Assembly (NCBI GenBank): GCA_013359215.1
Contig: JABWCH010000001.1
Location: 7,528-71,527 of the forward strand
DNA: 64,000 nt
Direction of reading: 5' to 3'
Source: Candidatus Brocadiia bacterium
GTDB taxonomy: Bacteria > Planctomycetota > Uabimicrobiia > Uabimicrobiales > JABWCH01
Notes under the pieces: model-generated
The model's input: the letters and a program-made list of their open reading frames with translations, nothing else
Database searches by the model: none
What the model was told of the DNA's origin: nothing
In this document: piece after piece, positions 38,601 to 48,500 of the stretch
How positions within the stretch are numbered: position 1 is the first letter of the stretch
Layout of the letters: each line of letters begins with the position of its first letter
Made by a program: the position numbers and the translations under genes

Positions 38601-40245
38601 GAAATCTTGCCAGATTATCTGGAATGCTATGGAATTTTTCTATACTCTGGCTCAGGTTTTGTATACTGTCTTGATATTCTTCCCAAATAACAGAATGCTC
38701 TTTTTTTAGGTTTCTTGCGATCATTTCTATGGCTTGCCATATATTTTGAGGGTTTTCCATGCTTCTCTGAATATAAGGTAAATACTGCATCAAATAGGGA
38801 TTTTCTGCAATAGAATCTTTCCATTCATCTGAAATATTCATTGCTTGCAATTTCTGCTGAAAGATTTCTTTTTTAAGGGGCTTCAGCTCTTTGAGCAGGC
38901 AAGTATGAACATAAAATTTTTTTAAGATTTCGTCTTCTGGCAATGTACAAAAAGTAAAACCAAAATGAATCCCACAAAAAGGCGATTGCAAATATAAGGA
39001 AACCGCCATAAGAAGATTGGCAACCCAAGGTTTTGTTTGCATAGGGAGATGATCCCATACAACCAGTAAGGAATATTTTTTTGTTTGCTCTTGCCTGTTC
39101 TCTGTCTGGTATATTTCTCTTCCTATTTCACCAAGAGCTTCACCATAAGTTTTTATACAATCTATCAGAGATTTTGGGTTATCCAGTCTTGTAAAAATTT
39201 CCTTGATTTTTTCTCTATAGTCTTTTACAAAATAGTGTGTCATATCCTTTTGGGGAATCAAGCTTTTGCAATATATGCATTCCAGAAATTTTTGCCCTTC
39301 GGTTTCGCCCCTTTTCAGATTATCTGTTTCTTCCTTTTCATAGATTCTGTTACAAACAGGGCATTTATACTCTCGCCTGGGGAAATAGGTATAAAGGGAA
39401 TCCAAAAGATTCTTACGCAAAAATAAAAAAATATCTTCTGGACTTTCTATACTTCTTGCATCCACCATCAAAACAACAGTAGACAAAGGAAGACGATCAT
39501 AAAATGCTTTCCAAAAAGATGTTTTTCCAACGCCAGAAGTACCATACAAAATCAAGCATCTTGGCTTGAAGGAAAGCCCTTGCCATTCTTCAAGGCATTG
39601 TGTTAGATAAGCCATATCTTCTTCTCTGCCTAGTACATCTGCTTTTGCTTCTTTCAGTTGAACAAAGGCAGTCCTAGATTTTTCTGTAAAATTGCCATAG
39701 AATCTTACAGATTCCAATAAAACAGCAAGCTTCTCTCTTAACTCTATACGATCTAGCTGTCCCTTAACAATACTTATGCAAGTCTCCAGCGTTTTATGGA
39801 TTTGCTGAAATTGGATTTCATCCCATCCTAGAGATAAAAGAATTTGCTCCAGTCTTGCCATAGCTTCTACAACAGGAATATCTTTCTGCATGATAATAGG
39901 CTGGAGAGTTATGGGAATCCTATCCAGGGAATCCAGCACTATCTGGCAAAATTGTCTTTTCCAATATTGTTCTTCTTTTGTTGGGAATTCGCCCTGAAAG
40001 GTCAGAATTTCATACAATCTATCCAAAACCTTTTGCCTGGAATCTCCTTTCTTGATTAAAGAAACTAGACTATATTCTGTCTCTTCTAAAAGCTGTTCTT
40101 TCCCAAAAGTCATTGCTAAAATCGCTTCTAAATAAAGCTGTTCTAGCATCATTTTTGTCGTCTGAGACGTATTCACTAGATACTCCTTTTTCGTCAATTT
40201 CCAAAAGTAGGGAAAGGATTCGAGATAAATCGTATAGCAAACCAA
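35650..40245 (-). CDS. STAND / AAA_16-type P-loop ATPase with inserted zinc ribbon and ~1100-aa helical-repeat C-terminus
   Basis: The motif VLGREEDMAYLTQCLEEWQGLSFKPRCLILYGTSGVGKTSFWKAF carries Walker A (DNA about 39512-39556). Walker B-like is YSLLVVWDHL. The zinc ribbon is CPVCNRIY...CIYCKSL. The start is uncertain: 40245 overlaps the upstream gene by 52 nt, and the MMLEQ start at about 40152 is equally plausible. Confidence 0.7.
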   Translation of the reverse strand: MVCYTIYLESFPYFWKLTKKEYLVNTSQTTKMMLEQLYLEAILAMTFGKEQLLEETEYSLVSLIKKGDSRQKVLDRLYEILTFQGEFPTKEEQYWKRQFCQIVLDSLDRIPITLQPIIMQKDIPVVEAMARLEQILLSLGWDEIQFQQIHKTLETCISIVKGQLDRIELREKLAVLLESVRFYGNFTEKSRTAFVQLKEAKADVLGREEDMAYLTQCLEEWQGLSFKPRCLILYGTSGVGKTSFWKAFYDRLPLSTVVLMVDARSIESPEDIFLFLRKNLLDSLYTYFPRREYKCPVCNRIYEKEETDNLKRGETEGQKFLECIYCKSLIPQKDMTHYFVKDYREKIKEIFTRLDNPKSLIDCIKTYGEALGEIGREIYQTENRQEQTKKYSLLVVWDHLPMQTKPWVANLLMAVSLYLQSPFCGIHFGFTFCTLPEDEILKKFYVHTCLLKELKPLKKEIFQQKLQAMNISDEWKDSIAENPYLMQYLPYIQRSMENPQNIWQAIEMIARNLKKEHSVIWEEYQDSIQNLSQSIEKFHSIPDNLARFLKQNKWAVSFRNQVAWNGFWQASLFQSMSKSYLRFWESKWFWQSLRENFAWTSELVSPALAFSLAKKSCTEEQPFWLEKTCLLYLDFFQKTIQAKSCSSFIADSALEMFYSSLQNWPDPKDKAISIYATVSMWKDFSFSSLEKAIKAWGEWYRKGSTLELKKRTILEIFPYVAGQNVYVEQLRFLADMTPSDLRELWNSLQGISYKDLPSFLMKLKFYLSLMLEEFIDALIAVTEEKENAVAIPLPDFSHVENPLDENFLKIFKGIYPGLENQDLERLPCISFSMRKEILQGEIQKMLSKSSSFLGIRHRLQEQEENNTASLLKKVLAISCSDFPFLDLEVNNQKEIMKEQAISLIKHWLEFHHLDRRIEILLKDILIYCPVDIYPLFQEYIEPDAYLGQIIHQTLLCDQKFLDKLDDVEFCFHEPDWDLSLLLRWATQDGISFLTIQDFKEPAKFIVKLRDAIDPVSFYIKNRFSKGLKNPLNSYKTEDAVPSDLLNKITKALNHLLDTSFYKEDVFSQVKLSEDTQALLLQKDLKGRSLVKLNRLLLEDAYPDEISNSIKNIEKLVDAMVYYLEKEENDCKYVYFKKLLQYQSLPESWNIVKSLLKKLDQKRILWQLLSKTIPTMNWWERLAISKTTYRIIANNVPREIPIRSQEMQELYISLFPYWVFILDSPERMQVARIISEKTQMTRSILGNFPQNSSNLYYMFWQHALPENLSQDILSVLLGMYSDGKQHSNISWILGGLFHTMEQPENIYADAVSFWINQGYFFPYPYQIACLHPCKCESMLYQLKGYAMEHYKKEAYWPALLTGLWNIHNLSLEEKKTWQNLLLVYAVQPVKSDIGIQYNIADRYALAGFFCMGGEKIFLQKQDQNKIKIDIDDTTIRGIVYFSLFDDSKKDFDENSLALPDWKEMSERFYSFSFANLFTKEGRDLWYKLQATPYYLLKKQISEQDVDIWFAKLGEEKQRLMNCIMDWKKRQNI

Positions 40246-43200
40246 AGAGAGACTTGATGGTTGTATGATAACGGCAATGTTTTGCTTGGTATATTATGTC
40301 CCCAATTCTTTTTGACAGAATGTGTAGTCACATCCCATTCTTCCTTATAATCATAAGGTAATTCATGGGATATATTTTTCTTAGATGAGGATTTTTCTAT
40401 TTCTTTTTGCCATGTACTTCCAATGGTTATTTCCTTCATTCTAACAATATCAGATTCTGAGCTACTCTTGTAATTGTTATGTTCTGGTCTATTATGTTTA
40501 CAGGCTATTTCTATGATAATTTTATCCTCATCATCTGGAATGCCTGTGGTAATTGTACCTAATAGTATTTGCTGGTATTCTTCAGCACAATTGAAAAAAA
40601 ATGCTTTCTTTTTTTTCATTGTATCTTTCCCAAATTGCACATTTCCTGATAGGCTGGCTATTCTATCGTTTCCCTTTCTATCAAAGTATATCTTTATCTC
40701 AAAAACACACGATTCCAAAAACGTCTTGTACTGCGTTTCCATGCGCTTTGCATGTAATGAAGACTGGCAATACAGCTTTATCTCTTGCCTCATTTCTGAA
40801 ATCTTACCATTATCGAAATAATTTCGGATATTTTCATGCCATTTTTTATCGTATTTTTGCTTTTCGTTAATATCGTTTATAAGCTTATCGAAATAGTAAT
40901 TGCTATACTCTATCCTATGTTTTTCTGGAAGAGCCTGTATTTTTTCTTTTATATTTGCTATCTTGCCGAGTGTATCTTGGTATCCGTTCTTTTTTAGCTT
41001 TTCATCGCTATAGACATAAGAGAATTTTTCGATTCCAATATTTTCTAAATCCATTTTTATATTTTTTATGATAGGCTCTATTCTCATCCTCTCTTGATTT
41101 TCTTTTTTTTCTTGTTCTTCTTTCTTCTTCTTTAAATTCTGTAGAGTCTGTAGATTTTGATTCATAGTGTTCGATAGTTCTCTACGATGCGATTCTGTCA
41201 ATAATTCCTTAGATATCTTAGAACTGAGTAACGAAAGCTTTTCTATCTTGGGAGCAAATTCCTCTGTATTGCTGCGTATAATTTCTTCAAGATTTGTTTT
41301 CAGCCTTCCATAGTTCTCTTCTTTTCTTTGCTCCTGCTCTTGTTTCTGATTCTTTAAGTTTTGCAAGGCTGCTTCGATACTATTCAGTAGCTCTGTTCGA
41401 TTCTCTTCCTTAAGGGATTCTTCAGGAATATCCGATTTTATTTTAGAAAGCTTGGTTATCTTGCTATCGAATTCCTCTGCATTGTTGCCTAGTATTTCTT
41501 CAAGATTTGTTTTCAGCCTTCCATAGTTCTTTTCTTTTTTTTGTTCCTGCTCTAGTTTCTTGTTCCTTAAGTTTTGCAAGGTCGCTTCGATACTATTCAA
41601 TAGCTCTGTCTTGAGTAATTCTTTAGGAAGATTCACTTTAATTTGAGAAATCTTTTCTATCTTGAGATCAAATTCCTCTGTATTGTTGTCCAGGATTTCT
41701 TCAATCTCCTTTTTAAAAGTTTTATAATTTTTTGCCTGTGTAGAAATTTGTAGCAGATTTTCTTTAAAAGTCTTCAACTCTTTCGATAATTCTGTAAAAT
41801 TTTGTTCTTTTAATAAAAACTCTTGGAGAAGCTTAGATTCTATTTGAGAACGCTCTGTTTCTGTGCTTCCCAATTCCTCTTCAGAGACTTTTGCTATTAT
41901 ATTCTCGAATTTGTTTATTTTTGATTGAATGGCTTCAATATGTTTTTTATAGTTCTGATATCTTTCTTTTTGTTGTTCCCCCAAATTTTTAATTGTATCT
42001 TTTATATTGTTTTCTAAATCGCTTTTTTTTGTGATAAGGTTTTGATAGCTTTTATTTTTTAATCTTGTCTCTATAATATTTAGACTATTTATAGAATTAA
42101 GTAACTCTTCTAAATCTTTTTCTAAAAAGTCAAAATATTTTATATCTTTCTTGGCTTTTATAATGTCCTGTTGCAAAATATTTTTTAGCTTTTTAAATTC
42201 ATTTGATTTTTCTTCAAGCTGTTGGGTTATCTCTTTGGAATATTGTTTATCCATCTCCTCTAATGTATTTTTTTTTAATGATAAAGAATCCTTTAATTCT
42301 TTACACTCCATTGAAAGTTCATTTCTTTGTTCCAAGGTGAGATTAATATTGTTTTGCCAGATAGCTGCATAGATTTCGTCTGATCTTTTTTCCATGCCAG
42401 AGATATTTACAATTTGTTGATCAAAAAAATGCTCCTCACTTTCACTTTTCATGATTTGGATTTCTGAATTTATAGTCTCTATACTTTTTTTTATATTTTC
42501 ATAATTTTTATTTTTTTCTAATATATCGTCTCGTTTTTTTGTTAAACCTTTCTCCTTTGTATCTATCTTTTTTTCAAGATTTTCTAAATTTTCCGATAAA
42601 ATTTTAGATTTGTTTAAGTCTAATTTGCCATTTTCCAATTTCTTGTTTATTTCGTCTAAAATTGTTTTGGATTCTTGAGCCATTTCCTTCAATTTTTTCA
42701 AATCTTTTTCCAACTCATTCAGACTACCAGATATTGTAATTGCATCAACGTCCTTTTGAAGGGTTACTATTTTTCTATCTAACTCTTGGAAATTTTTTTC
42801 TTTCTCTTTTTCTTTCTCTTCGATGCTATTTTTCTTGCTCTCTAGCTCTATTTTTTTTGTATCTATACTTTTTTGAACATCGCCTGAACTTTTTGATAAT
42901 AAGAAAATTTTATCTTCTTCTATCTCTCTTTTTTTATGCTTTACTTCTTTTGAAATCTTTTGATATCTTATTGTTATATCAGACAAGTTTGCTAAATTTT
43001 TTTCCAGATCATTCAGGTTGTCAGGTATTATGATTTTAGCAATGTCAGTTTGAAGGGCTGCTATTTCTCCGTCTAGCTTTTGAAAATTTTTCTCTTTCTC
43101 TTGTATACTCTTTTTCTTCTTTTCTATCTCTGTTTTTTTTGCATCTATATTTTTTTGAACATCGCTTAACCTTTTTTCTAACTCTATTTTTTTCTGCTTT

Positions 43201-45503
43201 GCTTCTTCTGAAACCTTTTGATATCTTATTGTTATAATAGACAAGTTTGCTAATTTTTTTTCCAGATCATTCAGAATATCAGGTATTGTGATTGCATCAA
43301 TGTCCATTTGAAGTGTTGTTAATTCTCCATCTAACTTTAGAAAATTTTTATCTTTCTCTTCAATGCTCTTTTTCTTGCTCTCTAGCTTTGTTGTTTTTAT
43401 ATCTATATTTTTTTGAACCTCGCTTAACCTTTTTTCTAACTCTATTTTTTTTTGCTTTGCTTCTTCTGAAATCTTTTGAAATCTTATTGTTATAATAGAC
43501 AAGTTTGCTAAATTTTTTTCCAGATCATTCAGAGTATCAGGTATTGTGATTGCATCAATATCCGTTTGAAGGGCTGCTATTTTTCCATCTAACTCTCGAA
43601 AATTTTTCTCTTTCTCTTCGATGCTCTTTTTTTTGTTCTCTAGTTCTGTTTCTTTTTCATCTATCTTTCTTTGAACATCGCCTAATTTGGATGATAATAG
43701 ACTTACTTTGGCTTCCTCTATTTCTTTCTTTTTATGGTTGGTTTCTTCTGAAATACTTTTAAAAGTTTTTCTTATTTCGGAAAATCCATCCAGATTTTTA
43801 TTTAGCTCATTTAGATTATCCGATATTGAGATTTTCTCTACTTCCTTTTGCAAGGCTGTTATTTTAGTATCCATGTTCTGAAAGTTTTTCTCTTGCTCCT
43901 GCTTATTTTGAAAAAAAACGAAACAAACAACCAAGAAAAGCAAAAAACATAATGATGCACCGAAAAACACCCTTTGTCTCTTGTTTATTTTTGTACATAG
44001 AGAAGCAATCTTTTTTTTGCAATCCAAAGCTTTTTCTTTGTATTCTGACAGTGAATCTTTGCTAAAAAAAAGAGAAAGCCTTTCTTTAGCCTTTGCAAGG
44101 GAATCTTTTTTCAAAAAATCCACAATCTTTTCTTTGCAATCTGATAAAAAATTTCCTGATTCTGTTATATCCGTATCTGTTTTTATGGGAGCAGAGATGT
44201 TTTTTTCTTTTTGCTTGATTTCCTGAAGAAAAACTAAAATCTCTTTCGCTTCTTTTCGGGTACTTTCGTCATAGTGTTTTTCTGCAACCTCAAAGAAAAT
44301 GTCCCAAAAATCTGCTGCTGTAAAAAGCAGAGAATTTTTAGATCCTTGTTCCTGAAGTGACTTCAAATCAGAAGATATATCTCTACTGTTATAGAGAATG
44401 CCCTGCAAAATTTCTTTCTTTTCTTGTTCTTTTATTTCTGTAGAAAGAATCTCCTGGTTTTGTATATTGATACTATATTTAGGATAAAAGGCACTAAAAA
44501 GAGAAAAGGCATAGTTTCTTATCTCTTTATCATTCGACTGCATATAAAGAAATAAAACAGAAAGCCCAAAAGGATTTCCTATACCAGCTATGCCTTGTAA
44601 AAAATCCACTTTGGCAGAGGAAGCATATTTATTAGAAAAAGCATTTGCTTTAGGAATGCTTTCTGTTCTCTTTTTGAGAGACTCTACTTTAGGCATGCTT
44701 TCCGTTCTCTTCTTAGCAGAGTCCAAAACCAAAGGACACTCATAGTCTTTTAAAGACTCAAGCTTTTCCTGGCTTTGATTTCCTGGCACACCCACTATCT
44801 TAAAAAACAGGTTGAGTTTTTGTTTGCTTTCCAAAGGATGAAATTTAGTAAGACTGACAAAGGAAAGTTTTCTTTTTTGATTTTCTGGTAAATGAGAACA
44901 AATACATTCTAAAAGGCCAAGAGCCTGCGACCACTGGCTATAGCCATAAGGTAGCACCATAGAACTCTGCATTCCTTCGAATAAAAACTGCATTTCTTCT
45001 ATTGTTTTTTTTATCTTTTCAGGAACTTCTGGCATTTTTTGCGATTCAGGAAGAGCAAGTGCCTTTGCTCTAGATATATTTCTTTCTGCTGGTTGATCGG
45101 GAAGACAAGACTGCCACATTTTCTCTAAAAAACCACTGCGTACCAAAGAGAAGGGATGGTATTGGTATTTTTGAGAATATATTTCTTCTGGTATTGCAAT
45201 AAAAAAAATTCTGAATGCTGGCCGTCCTGTAGTATCGCGGAAAGATTTAAGGTAACCAATCACATAGTAGGGTTCTGTGTACTGCAATTGTTCAGGTGTC
45301 CATACCAAAAGGCTAGGAACACGAAAAATTTCTTCCTTGACCAGGGTTTTGATATCCTGGTAAATCTTTCCTGCAGGGCATTGAAATAAAGCCTGAAGCT
45401 TTTTGGGGAAACCAGGGGAAAAAGAATCCCACCAATCCCAATCTTTGTCCATCTCTTCCTGGGTGTATTTCCCAAAAACCCCATAGTGGTATTTTTCTAT
45501 CAT
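40194..45503 (-). CDS. Giant (1769 aa) single-TM protein: ~500-aa N-terminal globular region, TM helix, ~1000-aa tandem-repeat coiled coil, C-terminal beta-rich domain
   Basis: The ORF is continuous. The TM helix is VFFGASLCFLLFLVVCFVFF (DNA about 43900-43960). The heptad-rich region is K/E/L/I/N-rich and contains two internal repeat families. Confidence 0.75.
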   Translation of the reverse strand: MIEKYHYGVFGKYTQEEMDKDWDWWDSFSPGFPKKLQALFQCPAGKIYQDIKTLVKEEIFRVPSLLVWTPEQLQYTEPYYVIGYLKSFRDTTGRPAFRIFFIAIPEEIYSQKYQYHPFSLVRSGFLEKMWQSCLPDQPAERNISRAKALALPESQKMPEVPEKIKKTIEEMQFLFEGMQSSMVLPYGYSQWSQALGLLECICSHLPENQKRKLSFVSLTKFHPLESKQKLNLFFKIVGVPGNQSQEKLESLKDYECPLVLDSAKKRTESMPKVESLKKRTESIPKANAFSNKYASSAKVDFLQGIAGIGNPFGLSVLFLYMQSNDKEIRNYAFSLFSAFYPKYSINIQNQEILSTEIKEQEKKEILQGILYNSRDISSDLKSLQEQGSKNSLLFTAADFWDIFFEVAEKHYDESTRKEAKEILVFLQEIKQKEKNISAPIKTDTDITESGNFLSDCKEKIVDFLKKDSLAKAKERLSLFFSKDSLSEYKEKALDCKKKIASLCTKINKRQRVFFGASLCFLLFLVVCFVFFQNKQEQEKNFQNMDTKITALQKEVEKISISDNLNELNKNLDGFSEIRKTFKSISEETNHKKKEIEEAKVSLLSSKLGDVQRKIDEKETELENKKKSIEEKEKNFRELDGKIAALQTDIDAITIPDTLNDLEKNLANLSIITIRFQKISEEAKQKKIELEKRLSEVQKNIDIKTTKLESKKKSIEEKDKNFLKLDGELTTLQMDIDAITIPDILNDLEKKLANLSIITIRYQKVSEEAKQKKIELEKRLSDVQKNIDAKKTEIEKKKKSIQEKEKNFQKLDGEIAALQTDIAKIIIPDNLNDLEKNLANLSDITIRYQKISKEVKHKKREIEEDKIFLLSKSSGDVQKSIDTKKIELESKKNSIEEKEKEKEKNFQELDRKIVTLQKDVDAITISGSLNELEKDLKKLKEMAQESKTILDEINKKLENGKLDLNKSKILSENLENLEKKIDTKEKGLTKKRDDILEKNKNYENIKKSIETINSEIQIMKSESEEHFFDQQIVNISGMEKRSDEIYAAIWQNNINLTLEQRNELSMECKELKDSLSLKKNTLEEMDKQYSKEITQQLEEKSNEFKKLKNILQQDIIKAKKDIKYFDFLEKDLEELLNSINSLNIIETRLKNKSYQNLITKKSDLENNIKDTIKNLGEQQKERYQNYKKHIEAIQSKINKFENIIAKVSEEELGSTETERSQIESKLLQEFLLKEQNFTELSKELKTFKENLLQISTQAKNYKTFKKEIEEILDNNTEEFDLKIEKISQIKVNLPKELLKTELLNSIEATLQNLRNKKLEQEQKKEKNYGRLKTNLEEILGNNAEEFDSKITKLSKIKSDIPEESLKEENRTELLNSIEAALQNLKNQKQEQEQRKEENYGRLKTNLEEIIRSNTEEFAPKIEKLSLLSSKISKELLTESHRRELSNTMNQNLQTLQNLKKKKEEQEKKENQERMRIEPIIKNIKMDLENIGIEKFSYVYSDEKLKKNGYQDTLGKIANIKEKIQALPEKHRIEYSNYYFDKLINDINEKQKYDKKWHENIRNYFDNGKISEMRQEIKLYCQSSLHAKRMETQYKTFLESCVFEIKIYFDRKGNDRIASLSGNVQFGKDTMKKKKAFFFNCAEEYQQILLGTITTGIPDDEDKIIIEIACKHNRPEHNNYKSSSESDIVRMKEITIGSTWQKEIEKSSSKKNISHELPYDYKEEWDVTTHSVKKNWGHNIPSKTLPLSYNHQVSLWFAIRFISNPFPTFGN
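41100..41720. repeat. ~225-bp in-frame tandem repeat (about 2.5-3 copies) inside the 1769-aa gene
   Basis: The unit encodes EEF(D/A).KI.KLS.I....P.E.L....ELLNSIEA.LQNL.N.K.EQEQ.KE.NYGRLKTNLEEI. The DNA blocks at 41218-41400 and 41440-41620 are near-identical. Confidence 0.8.
42500..43900. repeat. ~256-295-bp in-frame tandem repeat (5 copies) inside the 1769-aa gene
   Basis: The unit starts (KNF.(K/E)LD...) lie at about 43893, 43611, 43350, 43094 and 42799. The unit encodes KNF..LDG.I..LQ.DIDAITIPD.LNDLEKNLANLS.ITIR(Y/F)QKISEEAKQKKIELE....VQK.ID.K..ELE.KKKSIEEKE. Confidence 0.85.
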
Positions 45504-45553
45504 TGTTTTTCTCCTTGTCTGGTTGTGGTTGTATCACCACAACCAGAATACTC

Positions 45554-48500
45554 TTATCTTATGGAAGAAGATACGGTGAAATTATATGTCGCTTGTTTGG
45601 GAATAGAAAAATGGCTTCCTTTTACCAATTTCCAGAAATTGGTTATAGAAAAAGATTCGTTATGTTGGGGCAACTCGCATACCAATACAACAGGAATACT
45701 ATTTCCTGCACTATGGCTGGACATATTCCATTCTAGCTCCACTTCTTCTTCTGGCCTTTTATTGCCTTTCACTTTCACGTCAATATTAGCAGGACGTTGA
45801 TGATTTCTGGTTTCATGGTGTGTTCTCCTAAAAGGCCAGATACCTGTTTTCCATGTATGTTCTGTTGCCCATCTAACTACGAAGTCATGGCTTACACGAA
45901 CAACCAGCCTGATTTTATAAGTTTGCCCAAATTCCTTTTGGAAATTTTGCAACCTTTGAGACCATTGGAAACATTCCTGATCATAGCTTTCTTTAGCTGC
46001 GGTTAATGCAGTAATTTCGCTATGGAAATTCTGGCTCACTTCTTTCCAGGAATCATGAGGAAGACCTAGCTTTTCTTGAATATCACGGGCATGGTTTTGA
46101 AATTGCCCTATGGTATCTTTGCTTATTTTTGCACTTTCCGCCCGTATTTGATTTTGTTCGAGTTTTTCTTTTTCTCCTCGTAGGTTTTGGATATATGGTG
46201 CTATATCTGTTTCATAGCCTGGTTGAAGCATTGTTGATTTTAGGTTTTCTATGCTATTGAAACCATTGCCAAATATAGTAAAATACTCCCTTGTCGCATT
46301 TGCCAGACGATTTTTTTCTTCTGTCACTTTCGCTGCTGTCTGCGCCAGACTGTCGAGAAGACCTTGTTTAGTTTGAGTGCATAGTTGTATAAATTGGCTT
46401 AAATCTTGTTGTAAGACAACAGCTTGATTTTGTTTTACTCTCATATCTTGTAAAATTTTATCGATTTCTCCTTTTTTTTGTTTTATAATCCCTTTTTTCG
46501 CTAAAAGCTCTCTGGTTTTTTCTCGATATTGTTTAGATGAGAGTCTTTTAGAAAGACCTTCGAACTCATCTTTCAAATCTTGTAGATGTACAGGGTTAAG
46601 TGCTTGAAGCCTATCATTTATAATGCGTTGCAAATGTTCAACATCATTGTTACAGGCTTTTTCTATATCTTTCCCCTGATTATCCATTCTTTCTAATCTT
46701 ACTGCATGAGGAGATAAATCTGTTTGCCATTGCTGCAATTTTTTTTCTATGCTTTCTTTGCTCGCTACTATTTTGGCATCTAAAGCCCCTGCGCTGCGAA
46801 GTTTTTCATCCACAGGGTAAACAGACTGCGAAAGTACTACCCTTTCCTGGTTGTAGGAAGCAAGAGTTGCTTCCACATCTTTGATGGTGCTGTTATAAAC
46901 AGGCTGTAAAGTATAAAGCCCTTCGGTTATATGCAGATCATCATTCAAATCTTTTTGCTGTTTGTCCAAGGCTTCTTCTATTTTTACGAATTGCTTGTTT
47001 TGGTTTAAATATTCCTTGTAAAATTCGTTCCATTCCTGTTCATTCTTCAAAAAAATTTCCAAAGATTCTTTGATAATACCTGCTGCTTTTTTTATTTTTT
47101 CCCCTTCTAAAGGGAAGATATTTTTTTCTAATTGCCTATTTCCCTCTGCTATTCTATTGTTAGCTTTGTAAGAATAGAGGGTTTCTTTTTCAAACTGCAT
47201 ATAAAAATATAGGACAATTTCATTCATCCGTTGATGGATATGAATATTCCCCAAAGAAAAAGTTTTGGAAGAAATACTAGAAACAAGAGAATCAAGCTTT
47301 TCAAAAGTCCTTTCTGCCTCTATGTCTTGCAAGGAAAGATTAAGGTAGAACTGACACATATCCAGTATATTTTTCCTTGGAGTATCCAGAGAAGGCATCC
47401 AGGCTTTTTTCAGAGCATTTTCAGGAAAAGCAGCCATAGAAGGAGGAGTCTTAGTCCCCAACATCTCTAAATAGCTTGTCCATGCTTTTTTACTATGCTT
47501 TTTAAAGCTCTCAAAGCTTTCTTTGGAATTGTTTTCTGCAAAGCCCAAAATAGGATTGGTAGAGCTCATGGTATAGTCTAAAAAATAAGAAGATACCATT
47601 TTGCTCCAATTTTCCTGATACTTTTGACGGCATAGGGCTATTCCTTTAGCACTGATTTCTTTTCCATAGCTGTTTAATTCCTGATTGCCCTGCTCTGTTT
47701 TAGGCCATAAAGCTAAAGCCATTTGCATAGTTTTCGAGAACAAGGAATCCAACTCTGTTATTTTTCTATCCAAAGGTGCTTTTTCTTGGCGAAAGCTAGT
47801 CCAGTTGCTTTCTATTGCCTTGAATGTAGACTCAACCAACATTTTTTGTTCGCCTGTTTCCAAAAGCATAAATATATGATTGATAAGGGGCTTTAAATAA
47901 CCAAATCTTTCCACATCTTTTGACATTGCTTGCATCTCTTGGAGAATGCGTTTTCTGTCTTCAGGATTGAGCTGATTGTTGTTAGTCCATGTCTTGATTT
48001 TATCCAATATTCCAGAATTCCTAAAATTCTGAATACAAGATTTGTAAAATTCCTGGCTTTTTTTATAAAAAGCTATTTGTGCCTTGACTTCGCTATCTAT
48101 ATCTTTGGATTCTAGCCTGGGCATTTCCTGGATAATGTTTTGGAAATCAAGATATTCTTTTTCTATATTTTCTAGATATGTCATATTGCCTGCAATGATA
48201 TTTTTTTCTAGCTTACCTAAATCGCCATCGATAGATGTGTCTAAGGTGATCTTACGTCTCTCGGAAGAATCCTGTGTTATAGCTAAATCGGGGCCTAGCC
48301 CCTTAAAATCAAAATTTTTTTCACATTCAAAGGAAAAGTTAATCAACATGGCATTTCTGTTATTCAAAGAATCTAGCTTTTCGTAAATATCCTTTGCTAG
48401 AATTTCATAGCACAACAGTTCTTTTTCATAAATTTCTTTGTTGAGAATAATAAGTTGTATCTTTTTTCTCAACTCCTGCATTTCTTTGAATCTTTGCAAA

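Noticed and set aside
42740-43762. Plus-strand ORFs 42740-43033, 43292-43495 and 43550-43762, all starting MHQ.PFEGLL and looking like a small gene family
   Set aside because: They lie antisense to the tandem repeats of the 1769-aa gene. Their similarity to each other only mirrors the repeats on the coding strand, and their composition is low-complexity F/L/S-rich. They are shadow ORFs.
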